Origin: Octopus bimaculoides
Lineage: Eukaryota
NCBI RefSeq assembly: GCF_001194135.2
Contig: NC_068993.1
Coordinates: 16,462,942-16,526,941, forward strand
DNA: 64,000 bases
Direction of reading: 5' to 3'
The first letter of the stretch is position 1. Each line of letters opens with the position of its first letter. A program made the translations under genes and the position numbers. The notes beneath the pieces were generated by a model. The model ran no database searches, was not told the DNA's origin, and saw nothing but the letters and a program-made list of their open reading frames with translations. Of the stretch, positions 61,780-64,000 are shown piece after piece.

Positions 61780-62430
61780 AGGCGTAGCTGTGTGATAAGA
61801 AGTTTGCTTCCTAATTATGTGGTTCCAGGTTCAGTTCCACTGTGTGACACCTTGTGCAAGAGTCATCTACTCCAGCCTTGGGCTGACCAAAGCCTTCTGA
61901 GTGGATTTGGTAGAAGGAAACTGAAAGAAGCCCGTTGTGTGTGTACGTGTGTACATATATATTTATATATATATATCATCATCATCATCATCGTCATTTA
62001 ATGTCCACTTTCCATGCTGGGATGGGTTGGACGATTTGACTGAGGACTGGCGAGCCAGAAGGTTGCTCCAGACTCCAATCTGATCTGGCAAAGTTCCTAC
62101 AGCTGGATGCCCTTCCTAACGCCAACCACTCCGAGAGTGTAGTGGGTGCTTTTATGTGCCACCAGCATGAGGGCCAGTCAGGTGGTTATATATATATATA
62201 TATACATGTGTGTCTTTGTGTCTGTTTGTCGACTAACGACAACTTAACAACTGGTGTTGGTGTGTTTACATCCCCATAACTTAGTGGTTTGACAAAAGAG
62301 ATCACTAGAATAAATACCAAGCTTTACAAAAAATATTAAGTGCTTGTGGTGATTTGTTTGACTAAAATTCTTCAAGATGGTGTCCCAGCATGGCCACAGT
62401 CTGATGACTGAAACAAGCAAAAAATAGAAG
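61780..62430 (+). mobile_element. SINE family A split by an antisense family D element (61975-62185)
   Basis: 5' half 61780-61960, 3' half 62205-62430; the insert sits in the central TA/TG run. Confidence 0.82.
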
Positions 62431-63059
62431 GTAAAGCATAATCAGAGCATTTCGTCATAAATTTGATTACAAAAGGGTTTAACAATACCTTTTCTATATT
62501 TATTAAACCACCCTCCCAAAAAACTGAACAAACCGAAGTTAACGTTACTCAATTGCTCAGTTCTCTTTTATGTAAATAAGTATCATGTCATGGTGCAACT
62601 GTGAATATTTACTATATGAGACATCATTAGCTTAGCATATTGAAAACACTGCAGCGTATATCATGCTTTGATCCCTTAATGAACAAGAGATTTTCAGTGA
62701 TATTCAAAGCAATAACATGTTATAGAACCTTAATTAGATGACATCGTTTCAACTCACCTTACTGTCCAGAAATAGGAATGAAAACCCCTAGATATTATTG
62801 CAATAGACCAATGTGGTATCAAAGAGAATAATTTGTCTTCAGTGTGATTCATATTAATTAGACCAGATCTCTAAGCTCTGACACTTAGGGCTCCTTCAGG
62901 TCTAAGCCAATATATATTTTATAAACATATACATGTCATACAGAGTATCTTCTATATGCACGCATGTACATGCACACACACATGCGTTATTGTAAAATGA
63001 GAGGAAACTATAAGATAGTTCAGTAACATCTTTTTAATGGTCTTATCATTTCTTCAATG

Positions 63060-63930
63060 TCTGTTGTGGAATGTATAGGTACCTAAAGATGGATGAAAAT
63101 ATATCCAAAGAGGGGCCCTTGTAACAAGGAATGCATAACCAGGGAATGGATAAAAAAAAAAGGATCTGTAGAAGTCTCTCTATACAATAAATCATTGACT
63201 CCCAATGTGTATGCCATTCCAGTATTTGTAATAACTTTTGGGTTAGTTGATTAAATAGGAGATGAGATTCAAGCCATTGGTGTTAAAACCTGTGAACTAT
63301 TAACACTGATATCTCTATATCAACAATGATATATCTCTAAAAGGAAAACTTGTAGAGGCTGAACATTGATTCAGAGAGCCTATGGATGTTGCGTTGTATC
63401 CTCTCAACAATATCTACTAATCACAAAGCGTCTAAGTGTATCTGTGAATCAAGTATGCATGCATGAGCTAAATAACATCATGAACTTTGGGAAAACACTC
63501 CATAGGAAGTATTTCTTGACTGATGACCTGCAGCACACTCCCAGGATATTTGCACAGCTCTAATACAAATTATCTGGTGGAAAGCTTTGTGCTTGTTAGC
63601 AGCAGGTCATGCATAGCTATGTCAGGAACCATATGAAGGACAATGACATAGATAACTAAAGTAATCGATCTTGGGCCAATGACTGTTATATTATCTCTCA
63701 TTTTGAAAGGTATGCTTTTACAATCCAGAGACAGGAAATAACATAATACCTGATCTACAAAAAAGATCAGAATATAGGTAAAACAACTTCATGTGACAAG
63801 AATATGTGGAATTGATGCCAAAGATTTCATCTACATCATAAAAGAGCTGTTCTAAAATTCCCTCCTGATACTAACTGCCATGAGACATGAGTTCATGGCC
63901 CAAGCAATATACAGTATATATATTCAATAC
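63060..63930 (+). mobile_element. R4/Dong-like non-LTR retrotransposon relic (RT C-terminus to restriction-like endonuclease region)
   Basis: Collinear peptides YRYLKMDENISKEGPL, VYAIPVFVITFGLVD, YISKRKTCRG, SHFERYAFTIQRQEI, MRHEFMAQAIY with stops and frameshifts; weaker RT remnants from about 62640. Confidence 0.75.
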
Positions 63931-64000
63931 ATAGAAAGATAATCTTGAAGATAAAAATATAAGAAGTTACATTAATGTTGGGGTATACTCACTCATAATA

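Overview
AT-rich, repeat-saturated eukaryotic DNA from a short-read scaffold with 12 N-gaps, most of them flanked by (TA)n or (CA)n. The SINE families and microsatellite load best fit a coleoid cephalopod such as Octopus; this is an inference from recalled repeat sequences, not a database hit. No complete protein-coding gene, rRNA, true tRNA or CRISPR array is supported. Almost all supplied ORFs are artefacts of N-runs or simple repeats. Well-supported content: dozens of tRNA-derived SINE copies of at least three families, RTE LINE fragments (one long, twice interrupted), an R4/Dong-like LINE relic, a CR1-like fragment, a Tc1/mariner deletion derivative inside a SINE-derived satellite, TTAA-flanked piggyBac-type MITEs, a fold-back MITE and a Helentron-type non-autonomous element. 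A few low-confidence exon candidates (best: minus strand 11789-12163 and 42643-42762) suggest the window may be mostly intronic. The most interesting signal is four unrelated short non-coding repeat families carrying decayed minimal type I hammerhead-ribozyme motifs, together with tRNA-headed elements integrated as head-to-head inverted pairs. The clearest pair (59114-59592) sits inside one 12-bp target-site duplication. This looks like a set of Penelope-like-element-mobilised, ribozyme-bearing SINE/retrozyme-like parasites. No individual ribozyme copy here is fully intact, so activity and novelty are unproven.
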